From an uncultured Calditrichaceae bacterium (GTDB taxonomy: Bacteria; Calditrichota; Calditrichia; RBG-13-44-9; J075), in contig CAZFVV010000005.1 in NCBI GenBank assembly GCA_964522165.1, forward strand, positions 1,684-65,683: a stretch of DNA of 64,000 bases, given 5' to 3'. Made by a program: the position numbers and the translations under genes. Positions 1-9,799 of the stretch are shown here, piece by piece. Position 1 is the stretch's first letter. Each line of letters starts with the position of its first letter. A model generated the notes under the pieces. It ran no database searches, was not told the DNA's origin, and was given only the letters and a program-made list of their open reading frames with translations.

Positions 1-1953
1 GTCGATATTCTTCGCGCCGTCGGTATTCAGCACATCAAAGCGCAGGTGCACCCGCTCCCCGAGGTTGATCCGCCCATCCTGCTTGCCGTTCTCCCAGCGA
101 ACCCGCCAGTTTTGCAAAACCGGCCGGCGGCGCAGGGCCAGGTAGGAATACAGGCGCGGAAAGTCGATTTGTCCCCCGGGGGTGTAAATCGCCAGGTCGC
201 CGTTGAAAGGATACTGGCGGTTGGGCACGGTGATGCTCCCGCCCCAGGTGCGGTCTCCCGGCAGGCTGTCGTTGTGGGCGCCGTCGTCGAACAGCGGAAC
301 GGTGAAATCCGCCTCATTGCCGGTTTCCGGGGAAAAATACACTAACGCGCCGGTGGCCTCGGGGAAATCCCCTAAATCAATTTGCAGCGCTAAAGCGGTA
401 TGTTGGTCATCCGGCGCGTCGATTTGCGGCGGAAATGGCCGGGGAATCAATAAACCGTTCTCAAAACTCTGCTTGATCAGGCCGGCGTTGGTTTTTAGCT
501 CCGCAACCGAGGTCAGGTTGTCCCCGTTCAGGCGGTTGCCGCCCACAAAGGCGACGATCACCTCCTGGGTATCTCCCGGCTGCATGGTGAAGGGGCCGGA
601 GGACATCAGAAAACGACGGTCGGTAGGCGGGGGGTTGTTTCCCTTGCCGTCAACGTCTCCCGTATCCAGCACCGGATCCCCGGCAAGAGGAAATTTGGTA
701 GGCTGTCCGGCGGTGGGGCCGGCGCCGACAATGTAAGGAGGGGGATTCGCAATATTACTACTGCCTCGATATCCTCTAAGATAATTGAAGAACCAAAGAG
801 TTAATTCATACTCCCCGGGTTCCGGATAAAATGTGGAGTAGGCCAAATAAATGAAAGATGTCATGGATAAATTCATCGAGCTCGAAATACTGCTAAAATC
901 AAAGTTTCTTAAGAAATTTGATGAAGGCCCTGACGCTCCCCGGAGAAGTATATATCCCGCTGCGGAAGGGGGAAGACCGAATTGATCGAAATCAGAGTCA
1001 ACCGGATAGGCGCTATAGGCATAGCCTAAATCCAAAAGGGTATCGCATCCGGCAAAATCATCGGTGTACACGCCGATATCCGGGTCCGACCACTGCCCGA
1101 TAAACATGGAATCAATGGCAAAGCCGGATTTGTTGAGCAGCCGGTAGCGCTTGAAAACCGCCTGCCCCAGGGAAGAATTCGGCAGGTTATATCCCCACAC
1201 GGTTACCTGCAACTCCAGGCCGATAGGGGGAGAGCCGAACGACCAATAAGTATGATCTTCATCCAGATCATTGCAAACAAACCAGGCCGCCTGGTCGGCG
1301 TTGGCCAGGCCGGGGGTTTCTCCCTGCACCGGTTCGTAAAGGCCGTTCCCGTTCAGATCGTAAAACGGCGCTCCCCATTCTACCGGCCACTCGTTCCAAT
1401 CCGCACCATATTGGGCGCGAATGCCATCAATATCCACCTGGGTTACTTTGGAAATGTCGCCGTTGTAGAACTGCTCCGCGGCATCCCGGCGCAGCTCTTC
1501 ATCGGAAACGGTCTGGTAGTCCCGGCGGATGCGATAGATGCGCGCCGCGGGATCGTTGGGGTCCTGCGCCACGCCGGGAGAAATGATTCTTCCCGGCACG
1601 GTACCACTCAAGTACCTTTGCCCTCCCGCGCGTAATCTCGGTTTGGCAGGATTGGGATCCTGCACAAATCCAGCCCAGGTCAGACCGTCCTGGTAAATAA
1701 CCCGCGCCGTCCCCCGCGGATAAATTCCGCCGGCATCCCATGTTACCGGATGATGAGCAGAAATACCGTCATTGGCCAGCCAGTAAGAATAATTGCCGAT
1801 ATTCAATAAGGTGTAGGACGTGAAGCCGGCATTGGGTTTCGCTGCCGCGCCGGACTTTTGCAGAGCAGGATTTTCCCGGGCAGGCAGGGAAAAGCAGGCG
1901 AGTAAAACGCTAAACAGGGCCAGGAATACCGGCCTTCGGTAACAGCGTTCCAT
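1..1953 (-). CDS. Secreted hypothetical protein, partial (C-terminus lies beyond the window start). N-terminus MERCYRRPVFLALFSVLLACFSLPA looks like a signal peptide.
   Basis: Stop-free minus-strand frame from the ATG at 1953 to position 1 (651 codons). It is missing from the ORF track because no stop codon falls inside the window. The N-terminus is hydrophobic. An internal AT-rich segment (about 780-960) stays in frame. Confidence 0.55.
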   Translation of the reverse strand, partial: MERCYRRPVFLALFSVLLACFSLPARENPALQKSGAAAKPNAGFTSYTLLNIGNYSYWLANDGISAHHPVTWDAGGIYPRGTARVIYQDGLTWAGFVQDPNPAKPRLRAGGQRYLSGTVPGRIISPGVAQDPNDPAARIYRIRRDYQTVSDEELRRDAAEQFYNGDISKVTQVDIDGIRAQYGADWNEWPVEWGAPFYDLNGNGLYEPVQGETPGLANADQAAWFVCNDLDEDHTYWSFGSPPIGLELQVTVWGYNLPNSSLGQAVFKRYRLLNKSGFAIDSMFIGQWSDPDIGVYTDDFAGCDTLLDLGYAYSAYPVDSDFDQFGLPPSAAGYILLRGASGPSSNFLRNFDFSSISSSMNLSMTSFIYLAYSTFYPEPGEYELTLWFFNYLRGYRGSSNIANPPPYIVGAGPTAGQPTKFPLAGDPVLDTGDVDGKGNNPPPTDRRFLMSSGPFTMQPGDTQEVIVAFVGGNRLNGDNLTSVAELKTNAGLIKQSFENGLLIPRPFPPQIDAPDDQHTALALQIDLGDFPEATGALVYFSPETGNEADFTVPLFDDGAHNDSLPGDRTWGGSITVPNRQYPFNGDLAIYTPGGQIDFPRLYSYLALRRRPVLQNWRVRWENGKQDGRINLGERVHLRFDVLNTDGAKNID

Positions 1954-2158
1954 AAATCCTCCCGGTTAAGGCCTGAAAAAAGCCACTTCTTTTTACGCTT
2001 CAAACCAAAGAAGTATCTATCTGATCTCAATTGATGAACGATCCATTACCGCTTCCGCCGCCGCTTTTTCCCGCAAGGCTCCGAAAAATTACCGAATCAT
2101 TTTACCGAGTGGTAGGAAGTTACAAAAGCCGGGAGGAGATTTCAATAACCCGTTGGGG

Positions 2159-4126
2159 TCAAATCCGCACCGCGCCCCGGAGCATCACCGCGGGATAATT
2201 CTGCGGGTCGCTCAAGATGCCGTCCAACAAAACCCGCATGGTATAATAAGGCTGCATGTCAATTTCTTCCCCCTCCGCCAATTCAACGAAGTTAATCCCG
2301 GTGATCAGGCGATGATCGGCGCTGAGCAGGAATTCCACCGCGCCGTTTTTCCACAGGTAAACTTTGTTACCGGGGTTGAAGGCTAACAGGTATTCTTTGC
2401 CGGCGATGCGCCCCTTCAGGCTGTAGGGATCGGGAAAATAGAATCCGTCGCAGGTTTTGAATCGTTGGTAGCTTGCTTCGGAGAAGAAGAAGCGCGGTTT
2501 CTCGATGAAGGGGCCGCCGTGTTCCGGGCAGTAAGTGTCGCAGTCACCGCACTCGTTGCAGAAATCCGCTAAGTTGGCGATCTGGAATTTCTGCTTCAGC
2601 GTGAATTCCCCGCTCTCCACCGGCGCGAAATCTCCCTCGCCGGAATATTGGAAATTGGTTTTTGGGATTTGCATTTCCCCGGCGGGAATGGAAAAATTCG
2701 CCCCGTTGGGACACACCGGCAAACATTTGTTGCAGGTGATACAGTCGAACAGGGTGAGGCGGCTGTCGATTTTTTTGGGCGGTTTGCTGTTTTGCGAGTC
2801 GTGGTAGCGGGGATTCCCGCGGAGTTGGGGAACGATTCTCCGGGCGTTGGCGGCCCCGGCGGCGGAAATATCCTGCCGGAACCCTTCTTCCGCGTTTTGG
2901 AGGATGAATTCTGCGATGGTATGGGAACCGCTCCCTTCCATAGCGTTTTTCAGGTTTTCTAAGTAGTCGAACAGGCGGGTGTAACCGCCGGTTTTCAGCA
3001 GATCGGTGCAGGTGGTGACCGGTTTCATGTTGCAAAGCACCGCCTCGGCGAAGTTGTGCTTGCTGATGCCCGCGGAGAAGGAGACCGGGAAATCCTCGCC
3101 CATGGCGCTGCGAAAACGGTGCATGGCGTTCATGGAAATCACGTGCAGGGGCGCGCCGGAGAGGTACATCACCTCGTCTTTGAAAATGTTCTGGTTATTT
3201 TTGACTACCAGGGTATTTGTAAACTTAGCGCCTACGTTTTTGCCGCGCGCCCGGGCGAATTCCCGCAAGCGCTGCATCATCGCCGCGGCCTCGTCGAATT
3301 GCAGGTCGTTCTCGAACGCTTTGGGATCGAGTTCGACGTGGGTGTAGCCGAGGTCTTCGTGCAGGGTTTTGCGCACGAAATCGTACCCCGCCAGGGTGGG
3401 ATTCATCTTCACGATCACGTGCAGGCCGTGTTCGCTGATGAGGTGCTGCACGATCGCCTCGATCTCGTCGCGCGGGCAGCCGTGGAAGGTCGAAAGGGTG
3501 GCGGAGTTGGCGACATGGGGGTCGATGGGCAGTTTTTTTAAATGGGCGTATTCCGGCGGAAGGGTATCCAGAATGCTGGCGATGTCCTCCTCCGCGTTCA
3601 TGATCCGGCGCAGCCAGTCGCGCAGCGGCGGAGAAGAAATGCCTTTCAGATCGTAGCCCACGGAAATATCGAAGATCGTGTCATAAAACGGATCGCCCCC
3701 GGGGATGCCCAAAATTTCCATTTCTTCGATGATTTTCAAGAGCACCCAGGCGGTGAGGTATTCCCGCAGGGAATCCTCTAACCGCAGTTCCTGCGACCAC
3801 TCCACGTTGAAACCGATGTTGCGGGCGTCGATGCAGGGGCGAGGAATTTCCAATTGATCGAGTATCTGAACGGTTTTCAACTCCATGATCCGCCCCCCGC
3901 CGAGGAAGGCGAGGATGATGTTCTGCACCATCTGGGTATGGGGGCCGGAGGCCGGTCCCAGGGGGGTGGCGGCGGGCTTGCCGTGAAAATCCACCGAAAA
4001 ATCGTACTCCGGGAAACCGAGGTAGAATTTACGCTGCGGATAGCCGTAGATCGACTGCCGGGATTGGTATTCCGCCAGGATGCTTTGCAGATGTACGCCG
4101 AGGGATAAACCGATCAGTTCTGCCAT
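2159..4126 (-). CDS. ygfK: Putative selenate-reductase-like FeS subunit of the YgfK family (selenium-dependent molybdenum hydroxylase system). It has two 4Fe-4S ferredoxin motifs near the C-terminus.
   Basis: Motifs GPASGPHTQMVQNI and GGGRIMELKTVQ resemble the YgfK N-terminus. CxxCxxCxxxCP appears twice (CITCNKCLPVCP, CNECGDCDTYCP). The gene is a neighbour of ssnA and xdh genes. The start is placed at the second Met because AGGGAG lies 6 nt upstream. Confidence 0.7.
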   Translation of the reverse strand: MAELIGLSLGVHLQSILAEYQSRQSIYGYPQRKFYLGFPEYDFSVDFHGKPAATPLGPASGPHTQMVQNIILAFLGGGRIMELKTVQILDQLEIPRPCIDARNIGFNVEWSQELRLEDSLREYLTAWVLLKIIEEMEILGIPGGDPFYDTIFDISVGYDLKGISSPPLRDWLRRIMNAEEDIASILDTLPPEYAHLKKLPIDPHVANSATLSTFHGCPRDEIEAIVQHLISEHGLHVIVKMNPTLAGYDFVRKTLHEDLGYTHVELDPKAFENDLQFDEAAAMMQRLREFARARGKNVGAKFTNTLVVKNNQNIFKDEVMYLSGAPLHVISMNAMHRFRSAMGEDFPVSFSAGISKHNFAEAVLCNMKPVTTCTDLLKTGGYTRLFDYLENLKNAMEGSGSHTIAEFILQNAEEGFRQDISAAGAANARRIVPQLRGNPRYHDSQNSKPPKKIDSRLTLFDCITCNKCLPVCPNGANFSIPAGEMQIPKTNFQYSGEGDFAPVESGEFTLKQKFQIANLADFCNECGDCDTYCPEHGGPFIEKPRFFFSEASYQRFKTCDGFYFPDPYSLKGRIAGKEYLLAFNPGNKVYLWKNGAVEFLLSADHRLITGINFVELAEGEEIDMQPYYTMRVLLDGILSDPQNYPAVMLRGAVRI

Positions 4127-4210
4127 GGTAATCTCCCTAAAGAATGGGAACGTGGATGACACGGATACGGCGGATTCTCGCTGATTTTGAAAAAATTATC
4201 CGCATAAATC

Positions 4211-4226
4211 TGCAGAATCCGTGCCA
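4211..4226 (-). promoter_or_regulatory. Candidate sigma54 (-24/-12) promoter upstream of ygfK.
   Basis: The minus strand reads TGGCACggattcTGCA, which matches TGGCAC-N5-TTGC at the GG and GC positions. It sits about 85 nt upstream of the ygfK ATG. Confidence 0.25.
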
Positions 4227-4241
4227 TCCGCGTTCCTATTT

Positions 4242-5588
4242 CTAACTCTGAAACCGCTTCCACACCCGTTCCGCCGCCTTGCGCGATTCCGCGGCAATCT
4301 CTGTCTCGTCGATGCCGGGCAATTCCCCGTTTTGCATCACGATTCTGCCGTTGATCATGGTCATAACCACCGCGGCGTCGGCGACGCCGAAGAGAAAGTG
4401 CCCCCAGAAATTTTCCGCGGTCATGGGCGTGGGCGGGTAATAATCAATCAAAACCAGGTCGGCCAAGTAGCCCGGGGCAATTTTTCCGACCGGCTGGCCG
4501 CTGATGCGGCGATACATCTCCGGGTTGTTTTTGAGCGTCATCTGCTGAATTTCCTGCCAGCCGATGGTGGAATTTTTTAGATCGTGTTTATGGAGCAGGT
4601 GGGCAGTGCGAACATCCGGGCGCAGGTCTGCGCTCATCCCGTCGCTGCCGATGCCCGCCAGCACGCCGCGCTGCAGCAATCCGAAAATATCCGTGCGCCC
4701 GACCGCGTTGTTCATGTTGGATTGGGGATTGTGCGCGACCATCGCGCCGGTTTGGGCGAGAATATCTTTCCCGCTCTCGCTGAGGTGAATTCCGTGCGCG
4801 GCGATGCTTTGCGGCCCCCAAATCCCGTATTCGCATAAGCGATCCATGAGGCCGGCGTGATACTTTTGCCGGGTTAGCTGCGCATCCACCGCATCTTCTA
4901 ACAGGTGGATGTGGCAGCCGCGCTGAAGCGAACGGCTGATTTCCCCGGCCTGCTGTAAACTATCATCGTCAAGCGTAAAGGAGGCGTGCAATCCCACCAT
5001 CGCATCAAACAGGTGGTCGGGATTCTTCTGCTTTTCGGATTGGCATTTTCGGATGTAGCGCTCATTCTCCTGTAATCCCTTGCGGGAAATTTCTTTGCCG
5101 TCGCGGTCGGAGACCTCATAGCAGAGAATTCCCCGCAGACCCACCAGCCCCAGGGCATCTTCGATGCGGTCGAGGCTGCCCTCCACCGCGTTGGGACTGG
5201 CGTGGTGGTCGATCACCGCGGTAACGCCCCTCTTGAGCGCGGTAATCGCCGGTGCCAGGGCGCTGTAATAAACCGCTTCCGCATCCAGCGCGGAATCCAA
5301 CTTCCACCAGAGCACTTGCAGGATTTCATGGAAATTTTTCGGCGTTCCTTTCAGCGCCAGGCCGCGCGCGTAGGTTCCGTAGAAGTGCATGTGCGCGTTG
5401 ATGAGGCCGGGCATCAGCAGCCGCCCGCGACCGTCGAGGACTTCGGCTTCGGGATATTTTTTTCGCATTGCGGATGCATCGCCGATCTCGATGATGCGGG
5501 AACCTTCGATCACCGCCGCCTGGCCGGTCAGGAGGGTATTTTTTTCATCGTTGGTGAAAATCTCGGCGTTATGGATCAGGAGATTCAT
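4242..5588 (-). CDS. ssnA: Amidohydrolase / chlorohydrolase, SsnA family (selenium-dependent Mo hydroxylase system).
   Basis: Metal-dependent hydrolase motifs are present (GLINAHMHFYGT, HASF, DAVDAQ). It lies between ygfK and the XdhC-like gene. Confidence 0.75.
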   Translation of the reverse strand: MNLLIHNAEIFTNDEKNTLLTGQAAVIEGSRIIEIGDASAMRKKYPEAEVLDGRGRLLMPGLINAHMHFYGTYARGLALKGTPKNFHEILQVLWWKLDSALDAEAVYYSALAPAITALKRGVTAVIDHHASPNAVEGSLDRIEDALGLVGLRGILCYEVSDRDGKEISRKGLQENERYIRKCQSEKQKNPDHLFDAMVGLHASFTLDDDSLQQAGEISRSLQRGCHIHLLEDAVDAQLTRQKYHAGLMDRLCEYGIWGPQSIAAHGIHLSESGKDILAQTGAMVAHNPQSNMNNAVGRTDIFGLLQRGVLAGIGSDGMSADLRPDVRTAHLLHKHDLKNSTIGWQEIQQMTLKNNPEMYRRISGQPVGKIAPGYLADLVLIDYYPPTPMTAENFWGHFLFGVADAAVVMTMINGRIVMQNGELPGIDETEIAAESRKAAERVWKRFQS

Positions 5589-5627
5589 GGCAACCTTCGT
5601 TCGATAAACTCACTATTTCAAGTTGTT

Positions 5628-6731
5628 TTAGGAGACCAGGTTTTGAAAGGCATTTAAATCCAGCTTCATAAACCCGCCTTCCCCTCCCCTGCGCACGGCG
5701 ATGATCTCGCCCATGATGCTCACCGCAATCTCTTCCGGGGTTAGCGCCCCGATGTTCAGGCCCACCGGCGCGTGAATTTCCCGGATTCGATGCAGGGGAA
5801 TTCCCTTTTCATACAGATTTTTATAAATCAGCAGGCTTTTTCGCTTGCTGCCCAGCAGGCCGATGTAGCGCGCCGGGGTGCGCAGGGCCGCTTGCAGGGT
5901 AACGTCATCGTGGCGGTGCCCCCGGGTGGCGATCACGATAAAGGTGTTGAGTTTTACGGTTGCTTGCCCCAATCCCTCCTCGTAATCCGCTGCGATGGTT
6001 TGGAAGGCTTCCGGGAAACGTTCCGGGTTGGCAAAATCTTCCCGGTCGTCGATAATGATAATCCGATACCCCAGGGTTGCCGCCAGCGAGGAAACCGCCT
6101 TGCCCACGTGCCCCCCGCCCATGATGATCAGGGTGGGCGGGGTGGTAAAACCTTCCACAAAAATTTCTGCGCCGGCGATTTGCAAATACTCATTCTCTCC
6201 CAACGATGCCAGCCGCCGCCCGGTTTTGAGCACTTCCGCCTTGATTTCCCCCTTTCCCGGGGAACCAAAGATTTCTCCGTCTTCATACACTAACAATTTG
6301 CTGCCTGCTGGCGGTTTACCATCCGAACCGGCTTTGACCACGGTTGCCAGCGCGAGCGGCTTCCCGCCTGCGAGGGCTTCATGAATGGGGGTAATGAAAG
6401 GAAGAACCGCATCGCCGGAATACACCGGCTCGATCCAGAAATACATGGTGCCGCCGCATACCAGCCCGTCTTCCGCGGCCAGTTCCTCGTTCAGAGTGTA
6501 ACTACGAAATTGGGGCGGTTCTTTCTTGCGCAGCATCTCCATGGCGATGGACCAGATATCCCCTTCCACGCAGCCGCCGCCCAGGGTGCCGATGGCGCTG
6601 CCGTCGGCGCGAATGAGCATTTTAGCGCCCGGCTTTTGGGGGGTGGAGCCTTGGCAGCGCACCACTGTGGCGAGCACGAAGGGGTGGTTGTGTACGACTA
6701 AGTTTATAGATTCTTGAAAAATTTCTTGCAT
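5628..6731 (-). CDS. XdhC/CoxI-family molybdenum-cofactor insertion/maturation protein (YqeB-like).
   Basis: An XdhC_CoxI N-terminal region (LATVVRCQGSTPQKPGAKM) and a Rossmann-like XdhC C-terminal region (IIMGGGHVGKA) are present. It sits inside the xdh cluster. Confidence 0.75.
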   Translation of the reverse strand: MQEIFQESINLVVHNHPFVLATVVRCQGSTPQKPGAKMLIRADGSAIGTLGGGCVEGDIWSIAMEMLRKKEPPQFRSYTLNEELAAEDGLVCGGTMYFWIEPVYSGDAVLPFITPIHEALAGGKPLALATVVKAGSDGKPPAGSKLLVYEDGEIFGSPGKGEIKAEVLKTGRRLASLGENEYLQIAGAEIFVEGFTTPPTLIIMGGGHVGKAVSSLAATLGYRIIIIDDREDFANPERFPEAFQTIAADYEEGLGQATVKLNTFIVIATRGHRHDDVTLQAALRTPARYIGLLGSKRKSLLIYKNLYEKGIPLHRIREIHAPVGLNIGALTPEEIAVSIMGEIIAVRRGGEGGFMKLDLNAFQNLVS

Positions 6732-6743
6732 GGGTCGAAGGGG

Positions 6744-8630
6744 TTAGAAAAGTTCCAATTGAAGCTCGCTTTTTGCGGCAGTAGCCAGCGAAAGCAGAAA
6801 AGCATTCCATTTTTCTTCATCAATTTTATCGATCAAATGATCGGAAAGCGCCCTTACTCCATTGGCGATTTCCTCAAAACTTAAATCGTTCGCCAGGCGA
6901 TGCAACGCTAAGCGCATCAAAATATCTTTGGTAAAGGGGCGTTTCGAGTCTAAAAAAGTAATTGAAGAAAGTAATTCACGGGTATGGCAGTGGTTTAGCA
7001 GCGCCCAGACAAAAACCGCCTCGGAAAGTTCTTCAAAGCTCAGCAAATAGCAGGTATCATCAACCATGACCGGCTTTTTATCTTCGGGAAGAAGTAACGC
7101 AAACCTCGGTTCTTTATATAAACCGGATACGGCAATCTTATAAGGTTTGAAGGAATAATCCCCAATCCCGAAAATTGAAAACGGGGGCGCATTTTTATAG
7201 ATCGAGGATTTTCTGCGCTGCAGCAGGTGTTGATACCTTGTCAAATACGCGTATAACTTTGGATATTTTATCCTGATATAAGAAGTATTTTCGCCAATTC
7301 TGGTCTGGGGGATGATGACCGATTTAGTGGGTCTGGAAATCACCCATTTTTTAATATCCGAGCTTTTTACCAGGCCATATACCAGCTCTTCTTCAATGTC
7401 TAACTCTTCGCTAAACCCGTTTATCAGTTTCCCTGTTTCCCGTTTGAGTTCAAATACTTTAGCGCAATCGTGTTTTACCCCCTGGCGCCACTCATAAGGC
7501 GAAAGCCCGTCATAGCGGTAATTTTCTTCATAATCGCGAATGTGGGAAATGAATTTATCGGCAACCCAGCCGAAGTCTTTTTCAATGGCGTCGGGATTCT
7601 GGAAATTGGATGCCCGGCAATGAAATCGAGATTCCCTTTCATTTAATTTGCAAGTAAATAAGGAGGCTTCTACGGCGGCATTGAAGTGTTTTTTGGCATC
7701 AATTTGCAGCGCTCGCAAGCCGGAAATTCGGTATTTCTTTTTGGGAAGCTCATAAACGATGTTTTTGATTACCGAATTTTTTGCCAGCATTGCCAGCCAG
7801 CCATCACAATTTGAAAACTCCTCTAACATCATTAAAATGATATATTCGCAAATATCGAAATTGCCTTTGCCGGTAATGGCGTCTAATCCTTTATGGTTTT
7901 TGAAATTTGATTTATCCGGCAGATTATTGGAATCTAAGGCGCTTAGTTCCGAATTCGTTACCCAGGGCGGATTGCCCAGGATCAATAAATTTTTATCTTT
8001 TATGAACGGCGCTATGGTTCGGAAATCGAATTTAAAAATATCCGCCTGGTAGAGAAGGACGGAAGGCTTATTTGCTGATGGATAATCCAGAAAAAATTCC
8101 AGGATTTTAAATTTTGTCTCCCAGTAGTATGGGGGATAAATCTCGATACCCATGATCAATTCGCACTGGGGAAAAGATTTCAGAGAAGAAATCAAGAAAG
8201 AGCCTTTACCAAAAGTGGGCTCGAGTATAACCGCCGGTTGGATATTCCGGGTTTTTAGCCAATAACAAATCAGATCCGTAAGCTCATTGGGGGTTTGGAA
8301 ATCGCCATACTCTCTCCTGCTGATGGCTTCCTGAATCGAATACACCGGTTTCATACATTCCTTAAAATCAGAAAATTCCTCCGGGGTTCTGAAAAAATCA
8401 TTTATCCCGGATAATTCCAATAAAATTTGATTCGCTTTTACCCAGTTATCAACGGGAATCATTCTATCTTTCAGGAATTCTAAGTCCTTCGGTTTTAATT
8501 TTTCGGTATAGGTTCCCACCGCCTTGCCATCGATGATCCCATATAAATCCGGGTTATCATAATTGGATTCCTGAATACAGAAATTTTCCGCTTCGCTAAT
8601 CAGCAAATCAATCGTAAGTCTTGCTTTCAT
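6744..8630 (-). CDS. N6-adenine DNA methyltransferase (gamma-class, Eco57I/TaqI-like) with a large C-terminal target-recognition region.
   Basis: Motif I is ILEPTFGKGSFL and motif IV is NPPW. The gene is AT-rich relative to its surroundings. It is the last gene of a vapB-vapC-NTase-MTase operon. Confidence 0.8.
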   Translation of the reverse strand: MKARLTIDLLISEAENFCIQESNYDNPDLYGIIDGKAVGTYTEKLKPKDLEFLKDRMIPVDNWVKANQILLELSGINDFFRTPEEFSDFKECMKPVYSIQEAISRREYGDFQTPNELTDLICYWLKTRNIQPAVILEPTFGKGSFLISSLKSFPQCELIMGIEIYPPYYWETKFKILEFFLDYPSANKPSVLLYQADIFKFDFRTIAPFIKDKNLLILGNPPWVTNSELSALDSNNLPDKSNFKNHKGLDAITGKGNFDICEYIILMMLEEFSNCDGWLAMLAKNSVIKNIVYELPKKKYRISGLRALQIDAKKHFNAAVEASLFTCKLNERESRFHCRASNFQNPDAIEKDFGWVADKFISHIRDYEENYRYDGLSPYEWRQGVKHDCAKVFELKRETGKLINGFSEELDIEEELVYGLVKSSDIKKWVISRPTKSVIIPQTRIGENTSYIRIKYPKLYAYLTRYQHLLQRRKSSIYKNAPPFSIFGIGDYSFKPYKIAVSGLYKEPRFALLLPEDKKPVMVDDTCYLLSFEELSEAVFVWALLNHCHTRELLSSITFLDSKRPFTKDILMRLALHRLANDLSFEEIANGVRALSDHLIDKIDEEKWNAFLLSLATAAKSELQLELF

Positions 8631-8651
8631 CTCTTTGTTTTGCTCACCTTC

Positions 8652-9170
8652 TTACAACTGTTCTTTGATCTCTTCCGGTAAGAGCGTTTCCAGGTGCGGA
8701 TAGGCTTCTACCAGGCGAAATATATCCGCCAAATCTTTCTGGCGCTTGCTTTTGCGCCGCTGGGAGTCCAGGTAGGCCCAGATTTTGCCCTGTAAAACAT
8801 CTTCCAACGCGGCAACCCTCATCTCATAGCCAATAATTTCTTTATTCACCGCCCGGCCGATAAAAGCTTGATACCGCGCATCGGTTTGGAGTTGAATCCG
8901 CAGGCTGGATTGGGAATGGGTCAAATTCAGGCTGTGGGAAAACTCCTTGACGGTGAATATTTTTGCCGCGGCTTTCTTTAGCTTTGCCAGCGAATCCGCC
9001 GCAACAATCAAGTCCAGGTCTAAACTGACCACCGGTTCGACGTAGGCATTTACCGCTAATCCACCAACAACGCAATAAGAAATTCCCATTTCATGCAGCA
9101 GATTCAGAAACTGCTGCACAACATCGGTTTGCCCATTGGCCAGGCGGTTTAAAAATTGTTTGGGGGTCAT
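8652..9170 (-). CDS. Minimal nucleotidyltransferase (pol-beta fold) family protein.
   Basis: VVGGLAVNAY...DLDLIV resembles the GS...DxD NTase signature. It is AT-rich and sits between vapC and the methyltransferase. Confidence 0.5.
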   Translation of the reverse strand: MTPKQFLNRLANGQTDVVQQFLNLLHEMGISYCVVGGLAVNAYVEPVVSLDLDLIVAADSLAKLKKAAAKIFTVKEFSHSLNLTHSQSSLRIQLQTDARYQAFIGRAVNKEIIGYEMRVAALEDVLQGKIWAYLDSQRRKSKRQKDLADIFRLVEAYPHLETLLPEEIKEQL

Positions 9171-9185
9171 GATATATTTTTTTGA

Positions 9186-9587
9186 TTACAGAAAAGGATC
9201 AATAATGGTCAATGAGTTCTCAATCAACTGGTTATGCTGCAAATCTTCACTGTAGATTTTGACACAGTTGCTTTCCAATGCAGAAGCCAGTATAAGGCTG
9301 TCAAAATACGAATAACTGTATTTCCGGGCAAGATTAAGAGCTGATGCAACCATAGAGATATTGACGATTTTGATTTCACACGTTTGCTTCAAAAGATTGA
9401 ATAAACCATCAATGTCATCATACGATAGTCCAAGCTTGCGAAGGCAAACATTAATAACCTCATTAATTACCTGGGTGGAAATGATGGGGTGTATTCTCAA
9501 CAGTGACTTTGCTATATCTTTTTTGCGTTTGTCATTTCCAAACGCATAAATAAGAATGTTTGAATCTAAAAATGTTTTATCGCTCAT
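9186..9587 (-). CDS. vapC: PIN-domain toxin, VapC family.
   Basis: An N-terminal FLDSNILIY acidic motif and a C-terminal DSLILASAL region are present. It overlaps the upstream small antitoxin ORF. Confidence 0.75.
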   Translation of the reverse strand: MSDKTFLDSNILIYAFGNDKRKKDIAKSLLRIHPIISTQVINEVINVCLRKLGLSYDDIDGLFNLLKQTCEIKIVNISMVASALNLARKYSYSYFDSLILASALESNCVKIYSEDLQHNQLIENSLTIIDPFL

Positions 9588-9777
9588 TAGCCTCCTCTCT
9601 GTCGAATTTGAGTTGGCTTAAGTTAAAATTAAAACGAGCAAAAAATTGATCGATCTCGTCAATAATTTGATCAATTATCTCAATCTCTAAAATAATTTTC
9701 TCTTCCTCTATATTTTTAAGTTTCCCTACCCTGGGAATTAAAAATCCATCTTTAACTTTTGTTGCTTCTATCTTCAT
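9577..9777 (-). CDS. vapB: Putative VapB-type antitoxin (small DNA-binding protein).
   Basis: A 66-aa ORF (MKIEATKVKDGFLIPR...) overlaps the vapC start by 11 nt. The internal Met is chosen as the start because the longer track ORF would overlap the xdh Mo-subunit gene. Confidence 0.45.
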   Translation of the reverse strand: MKIEATKVKDGFLIPRVGKLKNIEEEKIILEIEIIDQIIDEIDQFFARFNFNLSQLKFDREEANER

Positions 9778-9799
9778 GGTTGGCTCCGTAATTTGGCTA

